Part shown: positions 10,411 through 19,141 of the stretch, one piece after another
Layout of the letters: the number at the start of each line of letters is the position of its first letter
How positions within the stretch are numbered: the stretch's first letter is position 1
Assembly (NCBI RefSeq): GCF_001457615.1
Contig: NZ_LN831024.1
Coordinates: 1,620,001 to 1,652,000 of the forward strand
Reading direction: 5' to 3'
Origin: Pseudomonas aeruginosa
GTDB lineage: Bacteria; Pseudomonadota; Gammaproteobacteria; Pseudomonadales; Pseudomonadaceae
DNA length: 32,000 nucleotides
Notes under the pieces: generated by a model
The model's database searches: none
Seen by the model: only the letters and a program-made list of their open reading frames with translations
What the model was told of the DNA's origin: nothing
Translations under genes and position numbers: made by a program

Positions 10411-10428
10411 ATGTGAGTGCGTTCACAT
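10411..10428. promoter_or_regulatory. Candidate CRP/Vfr-type operator upstream of mqo
   Basis: The sequence ATGTGA-GTGCGT-TCACAT contains a perfect TGTGA-N6-TCACA core. It lies about 95 nt upstream of the mqo start codon. Confidence 0.3.
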
Positions 10429-10524
10429 GCGGTGACATTTGCCTCGGCGTTCCGCCGAGAATACCTGCCTTCCCTTTCTTGAACGTTTCAGCCGCCGGGA
10501 AATAAATTCAGCGCCTGTATCGTT

Positions 10525-10734
10525 TCAGCGGGAACCCGGCGCGTGGATTTCCGCCGATTGGCGCATCCTGCGGATATACGCGTCGATTTCCCGCTCCGCG
10601 TCGAAACGGGTGAAATAGGGACCTTCCAGGGTCCCTTCGCGGGTGGAGAAGAAGTACTGCCCATTCACCGAACTTATGCGATCGCTGCGAAAGCGGGTGG
10701 CCGGGGTGGGATCGGTGGAACGTTTCCCCAACAT
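10525..10734 (-). CDS. Small conserved hypothetical protein (69 aa)
   Basis: This is the C-terminal part of ORF 10525..11247. I chose the ATG at 10734-10732 (MLGKRSTDPTPATRFRSDRISSVNGQYFFSTREGTLEGPYFTRFDAEREIDAYIRRM...) because the longer ORF would run through the lsfA promoter and start. Function unknown. Confidence 0.55.
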   Translation of the reverse strand: MLGKRSTDPTPATRFRSDRISSVNGQYFFSTREGTLEGPYFTRFDAEREIDAYIRRMRQSAEIHAPGSR

Positions 10735-10939
10735 GACGGCGACTCCTGGATAGCGGGCCAAGGTGTTTTCAGTGTAGGCGGGGGTTGGCCGGGCGGCAGG
10801 CCGGCGGACGAAAGGAGACGGATTTCCAGGCGAAGGGTTGGGTATTCTATTTTTTGTTATAAGAAAATCTGAATTTATTCTTTTTAACGTCAGCCGGCCT
10901 TGGGCATAGTGGGCTCCAACACGAACAAGGAGTGACCCC

Positions 10940-11578
10940 ATGAGCCTCAGACTCGGCGACATCGCCCCCGATTTCGAACAGGACTCCAGCGAAGGGCGCA
11001 TCCGCCTCCACGAGTGGCTGGGCGACAGCTGGGGCGTGCTGTTCTCCCACCCCGCCGACTTCACCCCGGTGTGCACCACCGAGCTGGGTTTCACCGCCAA
11101 GCTCAAGGACCAGTTCGCCCAGCGCGGGGTCAAGGTCCTGGCGCTGTCGGTGGATCCGGTGGAGTCGCACCTGAAGTGGATCGACGATATCAACGAGACC
11201 CAGGACACCCGGGTCAATTTCCCGATCATCGCCGACGCCGACCGCAAGGTTTCCGAACTCTACGACCTGATCCACCCGAACGCCAACGACACGCTGACCG
11301 TGCGTTCGCTGTTCATCATCGACCCGAACAAGAAGGTGCGCCTGATCATCACCTACCCGGCGAGCACCGGGCGCAACTTCAACGAGATCCTCCGGGTGAT
11401 CGATTCGCTGCAACTGACCGACGAGCACAAGGTCGCCACGCCGGCCAACTGGGAGGACGGCGACGAGGTAGTGATCGTGCCTTCGCTGAAGGACGAGGAA
11501 GAGATCAAGCGGCGTTTCCCCAAAGGCTACCGCGCGGTGAAGCCCTACCTGCGCCTGACGCCCCAGCCCAACCGCTGA
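10940..11578 (+). CDS. lsfA: 1-Cys peroxiredoxin (Prx6 type), sulfate-starvation-associated
   Basis: 212 aa. FSHPADFTPVCTTELG is the peroxidatic Cys motif, and there is no resolving Cys. The RBS AAGGAG lies at 10927-10932. Confidence 0.9.
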   Translation: MSLRLGDIAPDFEQDSSEGRIRLHEWLGDSWGVLFSHPADFTPVCTTELGFTAKLKDQFAQRGVKVLALSVDPVESHLKWIDDINETQDTRVNFPIIADADRKVSELYDLIHPNANDTLTVRSLFIIDPNKKVRLIITYPASTGRNFNEILRVIDSLQLTDEHKVATPANWEDGDEVVIVPSLKDEEEIKRRFPKGYRAVKPYLRLTPQPNR

Positions 11579-11588
11579 GGCCGGATTC

Positions 11589-11631
11589 GTCCCGCCTGCA
11601 TGGGCAGGCACGGCAGGCGGGACCTTTTATT
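11589..11631 (+). terminator. Rho-independent terminator after lsfA
   Basis: GTCCCGCCTGC (11589-11599) pairs with GCAGGCGGGAC (11613-11623), and the hairpin is followed by CTTTTATT. Confidence 0.75.
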
Positions 11632-11681
11632 CGACGGTGCGTGCCGTCATGCAACGCTGTTTAGCCACGAGCAGGGTTTTT

Positions 11682-11709
11682 GGCCGGTTTCGACCGGCCC
11701 TCTTTTTTA
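11682..11709 (+). terminator. Second rho-independent terminator-like hairpin in the same orientation
   Basis: GGCCGGT-TTCG-ACCGGCC (11682-11699) is followed by CTCTTTTTTA. Confidence 0.65.
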
Positions 11710-11828
11710 TGTGCGCCAGCGCGTCGCCGCGACGCTTTCTTTCCGCCATCCGTTTCCGAAACCGGCTCTGACTTGCCCGCCAGACGGGGAGAAGGCTCGC
11801 TCATCCACCTCCTTCCAGGAGCAGACGC

Positions 11829-12833
11829 ATGATCGCCGCTCTCCGTCGCTGCCGGGCCTGGCTGGCCCTGCTCGCCGTTCTTGCCGTGTTTCCCGCGGCC
11901 GAAGCCGCCGACGCCCCCGCTGAAATCCGTCTCGACTATGCCTACTACGCCCCCACCAGCCTGGCGCTCAGGAAGTTCGGCTGGCTGGAGAAAAGCCTGG
12001 ACGGCAGCGGAACCCGGGTGCGCTGGGTGTTCAGCCAGGGCAGCAACCGTTCCCTGGAGTACCTCAACGCCGGCAGCGTCGATTTCGCCTCGACCGCCGG
12101 CCTCGCCGCGGTACTCGCGCGGGCCAACGGCAGCCCGGTACGTACCGTATACGTCGCCAGCCGCCCGGAGTGGACCGCGCTGCTGGTGCGCAAGGATTCG
12201 CCGATCCGCAGCCTCGCCGAACTCAAGGGGCGCAAGGTGGCTGCCACCAAGGGCACCGATCCCTACCTGTTCCTGCTCCGCAGCCTGCACAGCGTGGGCC
12301 TGGACAAGAACGACCTGCGTATCGTCCACCTGCAGCATCCCGACGGCCGGGTAGCCCTGGAGAAGGGCCAGGTCGACGCCTGGGCCGGGCTCGATCCGCA
12401 CATGGCGGCCAGCGAGTTGCAGGCCGGCTCGCGGCTGCTCTACCGCAACCTCGGCTTCAACAGCTACGGCGTGCTCAATGTCCGCGAGGATTTCGCCGAA
12501 GGCCATCCGCAACTGATCCGCCAGGTGCTGGCGGCCTACGAGCAGGCGCGCCACTGGGTGATCGGGCATCCCGACGAGGCCGCGCAACTGCTTGCCGAGG
12601 AAGCCGGCCTGCCGCTGGAAGTGGCTCGCCTGCAACTGTCGCGCACCGATTTCAGCCAGCCGCTGCCGGGCGCCGAACAGGTCGCCGCGCTCAAGGCCGC
12701 GGCGCCGATCCTGGCGGACGAGCGCCTGGTGCGGCCGGGCGTGGACGTGCAGAAGGTGGTCGACGAACTGATCGCGCCGCAGTGGGCCGCCGAGGTCATC
12801 GGCGGTGCCCCGTTGGCGCGCACGGAGCCCTGA
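11829..12833 (+). CDS. ABC transporter periplasmic substrate-binding protein, aliphatic sulfonate/NMT1 (SsuA/TauA-like) family
   Basis: 334 aa. Signal peptide MIAALRRCRAWLALLAVLAVFPAAEA|AD. Paralogous to SsuA at 15274 (shared blocks such as [15 protein letters not shown] versus [15 protein letters not shown], and VDAWAGLDPH versus [10 protein letters not shown]). RBS CAGGAG. Confidence 0.85.
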   Translation: MIAALRRCRAWLALLAVLAVFPAAEAADAPAEIRLDYAYYAPTSLALRKFGWLEKSLDGSGTRVRWVFSQGSNRSLEYLNAGSVDFASTAGLAAVLARANGSPVRTVYVASRPEWTALLVRKDSPIRSLAELKGRKVAATKGTDPYLFLLRSLHSVGLDKNDLRIVHLQHPDGRVALEKGQVDAWAGLDPHMAASELQAGSRLLYRNLGFNSYGVLNVREDFAEGHPQLIRQVLAAYEQARHWVIGHPDEAAQLLAEEAGLPLEVARLQLSRTDFSQPLPGAEQVAALKAAAPILADERLVRPGVDVQKVVDELIAPQWAAEVIGGAPLARTEP

Positions 12834-12836
12834 GCC

Positions 12837-13661
12837 ATGGTCAGCCAGAGCCTGCGACTGGCCCGGCGAGTCTCGCGCCGGGCGTGGCGACTGCGCGTGC
12901 CGGGCGCCTGGCGGGCCTGGGCCTTGCCGCTGCTGGCGCTATCGTCGTGGGAAGCGCTGGTGCGCCTGGGCTGGCTGCCGGCCTACCAGATGCCAGCGCC
13001 GAGCGGCATCCTGCTGACCCTGGTGGAACTGGCTCGCGGCGAGCTGTGGGGGCATGTCGGCGCGAGCCTGGCGCGGGTCGCCGCCGGTTTCGCGATCGGC
13101 AGCGGCCTGGCCCTGGCGGTCGGAACCTGGGTCGGCCTCAGTCGTCGCGCCGAAGCCTACCTCGAGCCGAGCTTCCAGGCCCTGCGGGCGATCCCCAGCC
13201 TGGCCTGGGTGCCCCTGCTGCTGCTCTGGTTCGGCATCGACGAGACGCCGAAGATCGTCCTCATCGCCCTCGGCGCCTTCTTCCCGGTCTACCTCGCGCT
13301 GGTCGCCGGGGTACGCGGGGTCGATCGCAAGTGGGTGGAACTGGGGCGGCTCTACCGTTTGTCGCGCTTCGCCCTGGTCCGCCGCATCCTCCTTCCGGCG
13401 GCGCTGCCGAACCTGTTCACCGGCCTGCGCGGGGCGCTCAGCCTGAGCTGGATGTTCCTCGTCGCGGCGGAGCTGATCGCCGCCACCCAGGGCCTCGGCT
13501 ATCTGCTCAGCGACGGTCGGGAAACCTCGCGTCCGGACCTGGTGATCGTCGCGATCCTGGTCCTGGCGGCCCTCGGCAAGCTCAGCGATGGCCTGCTCCG
13601 CTCGCTGGAGCGCCGGGCCCTGCGCTGGCGCGACAGCTTCGACGGGGAGGGCGGCGCATGA
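12837..13661 (+). CDS. ABC transporter permease (SsuC/TauC-like)
   Basis: 274 aa polytopic protein. Its EAA-type loop ELGRLYRLSRFALVRRILLPAALP parallels the SsuC sequence [24 protein letters not shown]. Confidence 0.85.
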   Translation: MVSQSLRLARRVSRRAWRLRVPGAWRAWALPLLALSSWEALVRLGWLPAYQMPAPSGILLTLVELARGELWGHVGASLARVAAGFAIGSGLALAVGTWVGLSRRAEAYLEPSFQALRAIPSLAWVPLLLLWFGIDETPKIVLIALGAFFPVYLALVAGVRGVDRKWVELGRLYRLSRFALVRRILLPAALPNLFTGLRGALSLSWMFLVAAELIAATQGLGYLLSDGRETSRPDLVIVAILVLAALGKLSDGLLRSLERRALRWRDSFDGEGGA

Positions 13662-14407
13662 GCGGCCTGCTCGACCTGCTGGAGATTCGCAAGGCCTATG
13701 GCGATACGCGGGTGCTGGAGGGCGTGGCGCTGTCGCTGGCGCCCGGCGAGGTGGTCAGCCTGCTCGGCCCCAGCGGTTGCGGCAAGAGCACCCTGCTGCG
13801 GATCGCCGCCGGACTGGACGATGACTTCCAGGGCACTGTCGAACGCAACCCGATCCTCGGCTTCGGCCCGGACGGCGAGAACGGCCGCAGCGGCGGAATC
13901 GGCGTGGTGTTCCAGGAGCCGCGCCTGTTGCCCTGGCTGACGGTGGCGCAGAACGTCGGTTTCGCCGACGGCTGGCTGGAGGACGAGCACTGGGTCGAGC
14001 GCCTGCTCGCCGATGTCGGACTGGCCGGCTGCGGAGGATTGCTGCCCAAGCAACTGTCCGGCGGCATGGCGCAGCGCGCGGCGATCGCCCGCGGTCTCTA
14101 CGGACGGCCGCAGGTGCTGTTGCTCGACGAGCCGTTCAGCGCGGTCGACGCCTTCACCCGCATGCGCCTCCAGGACCTGCTGCAGGACGTGGTGCAGAAC
14201 TACGAGATCAGCGTCCTGCTGGTCACCCACGATCTCGACGAGGCGTTCTATCTCGCCGACCGCGTGCTGCTGATGGGCGGCCGTCCCGGACACATCCGCC
14301 GCGAGTTCCACGTACCGCTGGCGCGTCCCCGCGATCGTCGGGCGGTGGAGCTGGCCTACTTGCGCGGCGAGGCCCTGACCGAAATGCAGCGGGCGCACGT
14401 GCTCTGA
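13658..14407 (+). CDS. ABC transporter ATP-binding protein (SsuB/TauB-like)
   Basis: The ATG at 13658 overlaps the permease stop codon (ATGA). Walker A GPSGCGKST, signature LSGGMAQR, Walker B VLLLDEPFSAVD. The upstream part of ORF 12170..14407 is an out-of-frame shadow over the two preceding genes. Confidence 0.88.
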   Translation: MSGLLDLLEIRKAYGDTRVLEGVALSLAPGEVVSLLGPSGCGKSTLLRIAAGLDDDFQGTVERNPILGFGPDGENGRSGGIGVVFQEPRLLPWLTVAQNVGFADGWLEDEHWVERLLADVGLAGCGGLLPKQLSGGMAQRAAIARGLYGRPQVLLLDEPFSAVDAFTRMRLQDLLQDVVQNYEISVLLVTHDLDEAFYLADRVLLMGGRPGHIRREFHVPLARPRDRRAVELAYLRGEALTEMQRAHVL

Positions 14408-14561
14408 GGCAAGACCCCGAACCGGGTTCTTATATGCTTTATGGAATAAATAAATGAATAAAAAACATTTATTGGAATATGAGGCCGCCTGTTAAGGTCT
14501 ATGCAACTTGGTTAGCAAGCCAAACGAATATTCTGTTTTCCGGTTATAAGGAATCCCCCCC
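14408..14561 (+). promoter_or_regulatory. ssu operon promoter/regulatory region (AT-rich island, presumed CysB-type control)
   Basis: This is a 154-nt gap before ssuE. Positions 14431-14480 contain only 8 G/C in 50 nt by my count. The inverted repeat AATAAATG (14449-14456) / CATTTATT (14466-14473) lies within it. The RBS AAGGA is at 14548-14552. I did not map exact -35/-10 boxes. Confidence 0.5.
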
Positions 14562-15155
14562 ATGCTCGTCGTTTCCATCGCCGGAAGTCCCAGCGTACGC
14601 TCCCGCTCCGGGGTGTTGCTGGAGCGTGCCAGGGACTGGCTGAGCCGTCGCGGCGTCGAGGTGGCCAGCCACCAGGTGCTGGATTTTCCCGCCGAGGACC
14701 TGCTGCGTGCCCGCCTCGACAGTCCGCCGGTACTGGCGCTGGCCGAGCAGATCGGCCGCGCCGACGGCCTGCTGGTCGCCACCCCGGTGTACAAGGCCTC
14801 GTTTTCCGGCGCGCTGAAGGTCCTGCTCGACCTGTTGCCCGAGCGCGCCCTGGAGCACAAGGTGGTGCTGCCGTTCGCTACCGGTGGCAGCAGCGCGCAC
14901 ATGCTGGCCGTGGACTATGCATTGAAGCCGGTCCTGGCCGCGCTCAAGGCCCAGGAGGTACTGCATGGCGTATTCGCCGTGGACAAGCAGATCGCCTACG
15001 CCACCGAGAGCGACCCGGCGCGCCTGGAACCGGTCCTCGAGCAGCGCCTGGAAAACGCCCTGGAAACCTTCCACCTGGCCCTCTCGCGACGGCCGCAGCC
15101 GATCGACCCGCAGTTGCTCAACGAGCGCCTGGTGAACGCCCGCTGGAGCATCTGA
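14562..15155 (+). CDS. ssuE: NAD(P)H-dependent FMN reductase SsuE
   Basis: 197 aa. [21 protein letters not shown]...[24 protein letters not shown] is the SsuE/NADPH-FMN reductase fold signature. It is the first gene of an ssuEADCBF arrangement. Confidence 0.88.
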   Translation: MLVVSIAGSPSVRSRSGVLLERARDWLSRRGVEVASHQVLDFPAEDLLRARLDSPPVLALAEQIGRADGLLVATPVYKASFSGALKVLLDLLPERALEHKVVLPFATGGSSAHMLAVDYALKPVLAALKAQEVLHGVFAVDKQIAYATESDPARLEPVLEQRLENALETFHLALSRRPQPIDPQLLNERLVNARWSI

Positions 15156-15273
15156 TCCGTCCGCCGCCAGCGCACGCGCGCCGCGGCCCGATTGCACAAC
15201 GCACACACGACGACCTCACTGTTCCGTCAACGGCGCGGCAGGTTCGGCACCCACAACGACAAAGGAGAGCGCC

Positions 15274-16245
15274 ATGCGCACCATCGCTTTGCGTCTTGGA
15301 CTGGCGGCCCTGCTGGTGGCGGCCCTGTCCTACGGCGTTCAGGCCGACGAGAAGTCGGCCAACACCCTGCGGATCGGCTACCAGAAATACGGCACCCTGG
15401 TCCTGCTCAAGGCCCGCGGCACCCTGGAGAAACGTCTCGCCGAAGACGGCGTGAAGGTGCAATGGGCCGAGTTTCCCGGTGGCCCGCAACTGCTCGAGGG
15501 ACTCAATGTCGGCAGCATCGACTTCGGCGTGACCGGCGAAACCCCGCCGGTCTTCGCCCAGGCCGCCGGCGCCGACCTGCTCTACGTGGCCTACGAACCG
15601 CCGGCGCCGACCAGCGAGGCGATCCTCCTGCCGAAGGACTCGCCGATTCGGTCGGTGGCCGAGCTGAAGGGCAGGAAAGTCGCCCTGAACAAGGGCTCCA
15701 ACGTGCATTACCTGTTGGTCCGCGCCCTCGAGCAGGCCGGCCTGAAGTACAGCGACATCCAACCCGTCTACCTGCCGCCGGCCGACGCCCGCGCCGCCTT
15801 CGAGCGTCACAGCGTCGACGCCTGGGTGATCTGGGACCCCTACCAGGCCGCCGCCGAGAAGCAGTTGTCCGCGCGGGTCCTGGTGGATGGTCGCGAGCTG
15901 GTCGACAACCACCAGTTCTACCTCGCCACCCGGACTTACGCGCAACGGCATCCGCAGGTGCTCGACAAGCTGGTGGACGAGATCCGCGAGGTCGGTGACT
16001 GGTCGCGGGCCAACCCGCAGCAGGTGACCGAGCAGGTCGCGCCGCTGCTCGGGCTGCCCGCCGACATCACCCTGACCGCGGTGAAGCGCCAGGGCTACGG
16101 CGCGCAGTTGATCACCCCGGCGGTGGTCGAGGCGCAGCAGAAGATCGCCGACACCTTCACCCAGCTGAAGCTGATTCCCAAACCGCTGAGCATCAAGGAC
16201 GTGATCTGGACGCCACCGGCCGGCAAGGTCGCCAGCGCACCCTGA
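15274..16245 (+). CDS. ssuA: Aliphatic sulfonate ABC transporter substrate-binding protein SsuA
   Basis: 323 aa. Signal peptide [24 protein letters not shown]|DE. RBS AAAGGAGA at 15261-15268. SsuA-family blocks and operon position support the call. Confidence 0.88.
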   Translation: MRTIALRLGLAALLVAALSYGVQADEKSANTLRIGYQKYGTLVLLKARGTLEKRLAEDGVKVQWAEFPGGPQLLEGLNVGSIDFGVTGETPPVFAQAAGADLLYVAYEPPAPTSEAILLPKDSPIRSVAELKGRKVALNKGSNVHYLLVRALEQAGLKYSDIQPVYLPPADARAAFERHSVDAWVIWDPYQAAAEKQLSARVLVDGRELVDNHQFYLATRTYAQRHPQVLDKLVDEIREVGDWSRANPQQVTEQVAPLLGLPADITLTAVKRQGYGAQLITPAVVEAQQKIADTFTQLKLIPKPLSIKDVIWTPPAGKVASAP

Positions 16246-16322
16246 GCCCGTACCGCCCACATACCGACACGATCATCGCGCGGCTACGCCACGCCGGCGC
16301 GCTCACCCTGGAGTCAATTGCG

Positions 16323-17471
16323 ATGAGCCTCGAGATTTTCTGGTTCCTTCCCACCCACGGCGACGGCCACTACCTGGGCACCACCCAGGGCGCCCGTGCC
16401 GTCGACCACGGCTACCTGCAGCAGATCGCCCAGGCCGCCGACCGCCTGGGCTTCGGCGGCGTACTGATCCCCACCGGACGTTCCTGCGAGGACTCCTGGC
16501 TGGTCGCCGCCTCGCTGATCCCGGTAACCCAGCGCCTGAAGTTCCTCGTCGCGCTGCGTCCCGGGATCATTTCGCCGACCGTCGCCGCGCGCCAGGCGGC
16601 GACCCTGGACCGGCTGTCCAACGGCCGCGCGCTGTTCAACCTGGTCACCGGCGGCGATCCCGACGAACTGGCTGGCGACGGCCTGCACCTGAGCCACGCC
16701 GAACGCTACGAGGCCTCGGTCGAATTCACCCGCATCTGGCGTCGTGTGCTGGAGGGCGAGACCGTCGACTACGCCGGCAAGCACATCCAGGTGAAGGGCG
16801 CCAAACTGCTCTATCCGCCGTTGCAGCAGCCGCGTCCGCCGCTGTACTTCGGCGGCTCCTCGGAGGCCGCCCAGGACCTCGCCGCCGAGCAGGTCGAGCT
16901 GTACCTGACCTGGGGCGAGCCGCCGGCGGCGGTTGCCGAGAAGATCGCCCAGGTACGCGAGAAGGCCGCCCGCCAGGGCCGCCAGGTGCGCTTCGGGATC
17001 CGCCTGCACGTGATCGTCCGCGAGACCAGCGAGGAAGCCTGGCAGGCCGCCGATCGCCTGATCGCGCACCTCGACGACGACACCATCGCCCGCGCCCAGG
17101 CCTCCCTGGCGCGCTTCGACTCGGTCGGCCAGCAACGCATGGCCGCGCTGCACGGCGGTTCGCGCGACAACCTGGAAGTCAGCCCCAATCTCTGGGCCGG
17201 CGTCGGCCTGGTGCGCGGCGGCGCCGGCACCGCGCTGGTCGGCGACGGGCCGACGGTGGCGGCGCGGGTCAGGGAGTACGCCGAGCTGGGCATCGATACC
17301 TTCATCTTCTCCGGCTATCCGCACCTGGAAGAGTCCTACCGGGTCGCCGAACTGCTGTTCCCGCACCTCGACGTGCAGCGCCCGGCGCAGCCCGAGGGAC
17401 GCGGCTATGTCAGCCCGTTCGGCGAGATGGTGGCCAACGACATCCTGCCCCGGCAGGCCGCGCAGAGTTGA
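16323..17471 (+). CDS. ssuD: FMNH2-dependent alkanesulfonate monooxygenase SsuD
   Basis: 382 aa luciferase-like monooxygenase. [20 protein letters not shown]...[14 protein letters not shown] contains the conserved Cys. Confidence 0.92.
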   Translation: MSLEIFWFLPTHGDGHYLGTTQGARAVDHGYLQQIAQAADRLGFGGVLIPTGRSCEDSWLVAASLIPVTQRLKFLVALRPGIISPTVAARQAATLDRLSNGRALFNLVTGGDPDELAGDGLHLSHAERYEASVEFTRIWRRVLEGETVDYAGKHIQVKGAKLLYPPLQQPRPPLYFGGSSEAAQDLAAEQVELYLTWGEPPAAVAEKIAQVREKAARQGRQVRFGIRLHVIVRETSEEAWQAADRLIAHLDDDTIARAQASLARFDSVGQQRMAALHGGSRDNLEVSPNLWAGVGLVRGGAGTALVGDGPTVAARVREYAELGIDTFIFSGYPHLEESYRVAELLFPHLDVQRPAQPEGRGYVSPFGEMVANDILPRQAAQS

Positions 17472-17491
17472 GAGCGGTCGGAGCGAACGAC

Positions 17492-18280
17492 ATGAGCATT
17501 TCCAAACGACTGGCCGAGCGCCTGGCGCCCTGGGCGCTGCCGCTGGTCCTGCTGGCGGTGTGGCAGGCGGCGGTTGAGTTCGGCTGGCTGTCCAGCCGCA
17601 TCCTCCCCGCGCCCAGCGCCGTACTCGAGGCCGGCTGGGCGCTGCTGCGCAGCGGCGAGATCTGGCAGCACCTGGCGATCAGCGGCTGGCGCGCGGCGAT
17701 CGGCTTTCTCATCGGCGGCGCCATCGGCCTGGTGCTGGGCTTCGTCACCGGCCTGTCGAAGTGGGGCGAACGCTTCCTCGACAGTTCGGTGCAGATGATC
17801 CGCAACGTGCCGCACCTGGCGCTGATCCCGCTGGTGATCCTGTGGTTCGGCATCGACGAGTCGGCGAAGATCTTCCTGGTCGCCCTCGGCACGCTGTTCC
17901 CGATCTACCTGAACACCTACCACGGCATCCGCGGCATCGACCCCGGCCTGCTGGAGATGGCGCGCAGCTACGGGTTGTCCGGCTTCGCCCTGTTCCGCCA
18001 GGTGATCCTGCCCGGCGCGCTGCCGTCGATCCTGGTCGGGGTGCGCTTCGCCCTCGGCTTCATGTGGTTGACCCTGATCGTCGCCGAGACCATTTCCGCC
18101 AGCTCCGGCATCGGTTACCTGGCGATGAACGCCCGCGAGTTCCTGCAGACCGACGTGGTGGTCCTGGCGATCCTGCTCTATGCCGTCCTCGGCAAGCTCG
18201 CCGACCTCGCCGCCCGCGGCCTGGAACGCGTCTGGCTACGCTGGCACCCGGCCTACCAGGTCAAGGGAGGTGGCGCATGA
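17492..18280 (+). CDS. ssuC: Aliphatic sulfonate ABC transporter permease SsuC
   Basis: I prefer the ATG at 17492 ([21 protein letters not shown]...) over the TTG at 17468 that heads the ORF-track entry. It is polytopic and has an EAA loop. Confidence 0.88.
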
Positions 18281-19101
18281 ATGCCCACAACGCCGCCCTT
18301 GGCGGCACTCCGCAGCGCCTCAAGCGCGGTATCCCGCTGGCCCTGCGCGGAGTGGCGCGGCGCTTCGGCGAGCGCGAGGTGCTCAAGGACATCGACCTGC
18401 TGGTTCCGGCCGGGCAGTTCGTCGCTATCGTTGGCCGCAGCGGCTGCGGCAAGAGCACCTTGCTGCGCCTGCTGGCCGGCCTCGACCAGCCCAGCCGCGG
18501 CGAGTTGCTGGCCGGCTCGGCGGCGCTGGCCGAGGCCCGCGAGGACACCCGGCTGATGTTCCAGGACTCGCGCCTGCTGCCGTGGAAGCGGGTGATCGAC
18601 AACGTCGGCCTTGGCCTGCGCGGCGACTGGCGGGCGAAGGCCCTGCAGGCGCTGCGGGCGGTCGGCCTGGCCGAGCGTGCCAACGAGTGGCCGGCGGCCC
18701 TGTCCGGCGGGCAGAAGCAGCGCGTCGCGCTGGCTCGCGCGCTGATCCACGAGCCGCGCCTGCTGTTGCTCGACGAGCCGCTCGGCGCGCTCGATGCGCT
18801 GACCCGGATCGAGATGCAGCAACTGATCGAAGGACTCTGGCGCGAACACGGTTTCACCGTCCTGCTGGTCACCCACGACGTCAGCGAGGCGGTGGCGGTG
18901 GCCGACCGGGTGATCCTCATCGAGGACGGCGAGATCGGCCTCGACCTGCCGGTGGAACTGCCCCGGCCGCGCTCGCGTGGCTCGGCGCGACTGGCCGCGC
19001 TGGAAGCCGAAGTGCTCAACCGGGTGCTGGCGCAGCCGGAGCTGCCGCCGCAACCCGAGCCCGTTTCACCCCTGCCCACGCAACTGCGCTGGGCGCTCTA
19101 A
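18277..19101 (+). CDS. ssuB: Aliphatic sulfonate ABC transporter ATP-binding protein SsuB
   Basis: The ATG at 18277 overlaps the ssuC stop codon (ATGA). Walker [10 protein letters not shown], signature LSGGQKQR, Walker [13 protein letters not shown]. Confidence 0.9.
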
Positions 19102-19141
19102 GCAACCATGCCTCGTTCCGAATCCCCCCAGGAGAAACGCC

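Noticed and set aside
10525-11247. A 240-aa minus-strand ORF spanning the lsfA promoter and the 5' end of lsfA.
   Set aside because: Only the last 69 codons look like a real small protein. The rest runs antisense through the lsfA start and an AT-rich promoter patch.
11829-11906. The RR pair in the first binding protein's signal peptide (ALRRCRAWL) as a Tat signal.
   Set aside because: It lacks the S/T-R-R-x-F-L-K context. The h-region and the AEA|AD cleavage site look like an ordinary Sec signal, and sulfonate-binding proteins carry no cofactor that would require Tat export.
14408-14561. The AT-rich island as an insertion scar or a small mobile-element remnant.
   Set aside because: It is only about 150 nt long, with no terminal inverted repeats, target duplications or coding capacity. 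Its position directly upstream of ssuE fits a promoter/regulatory region.
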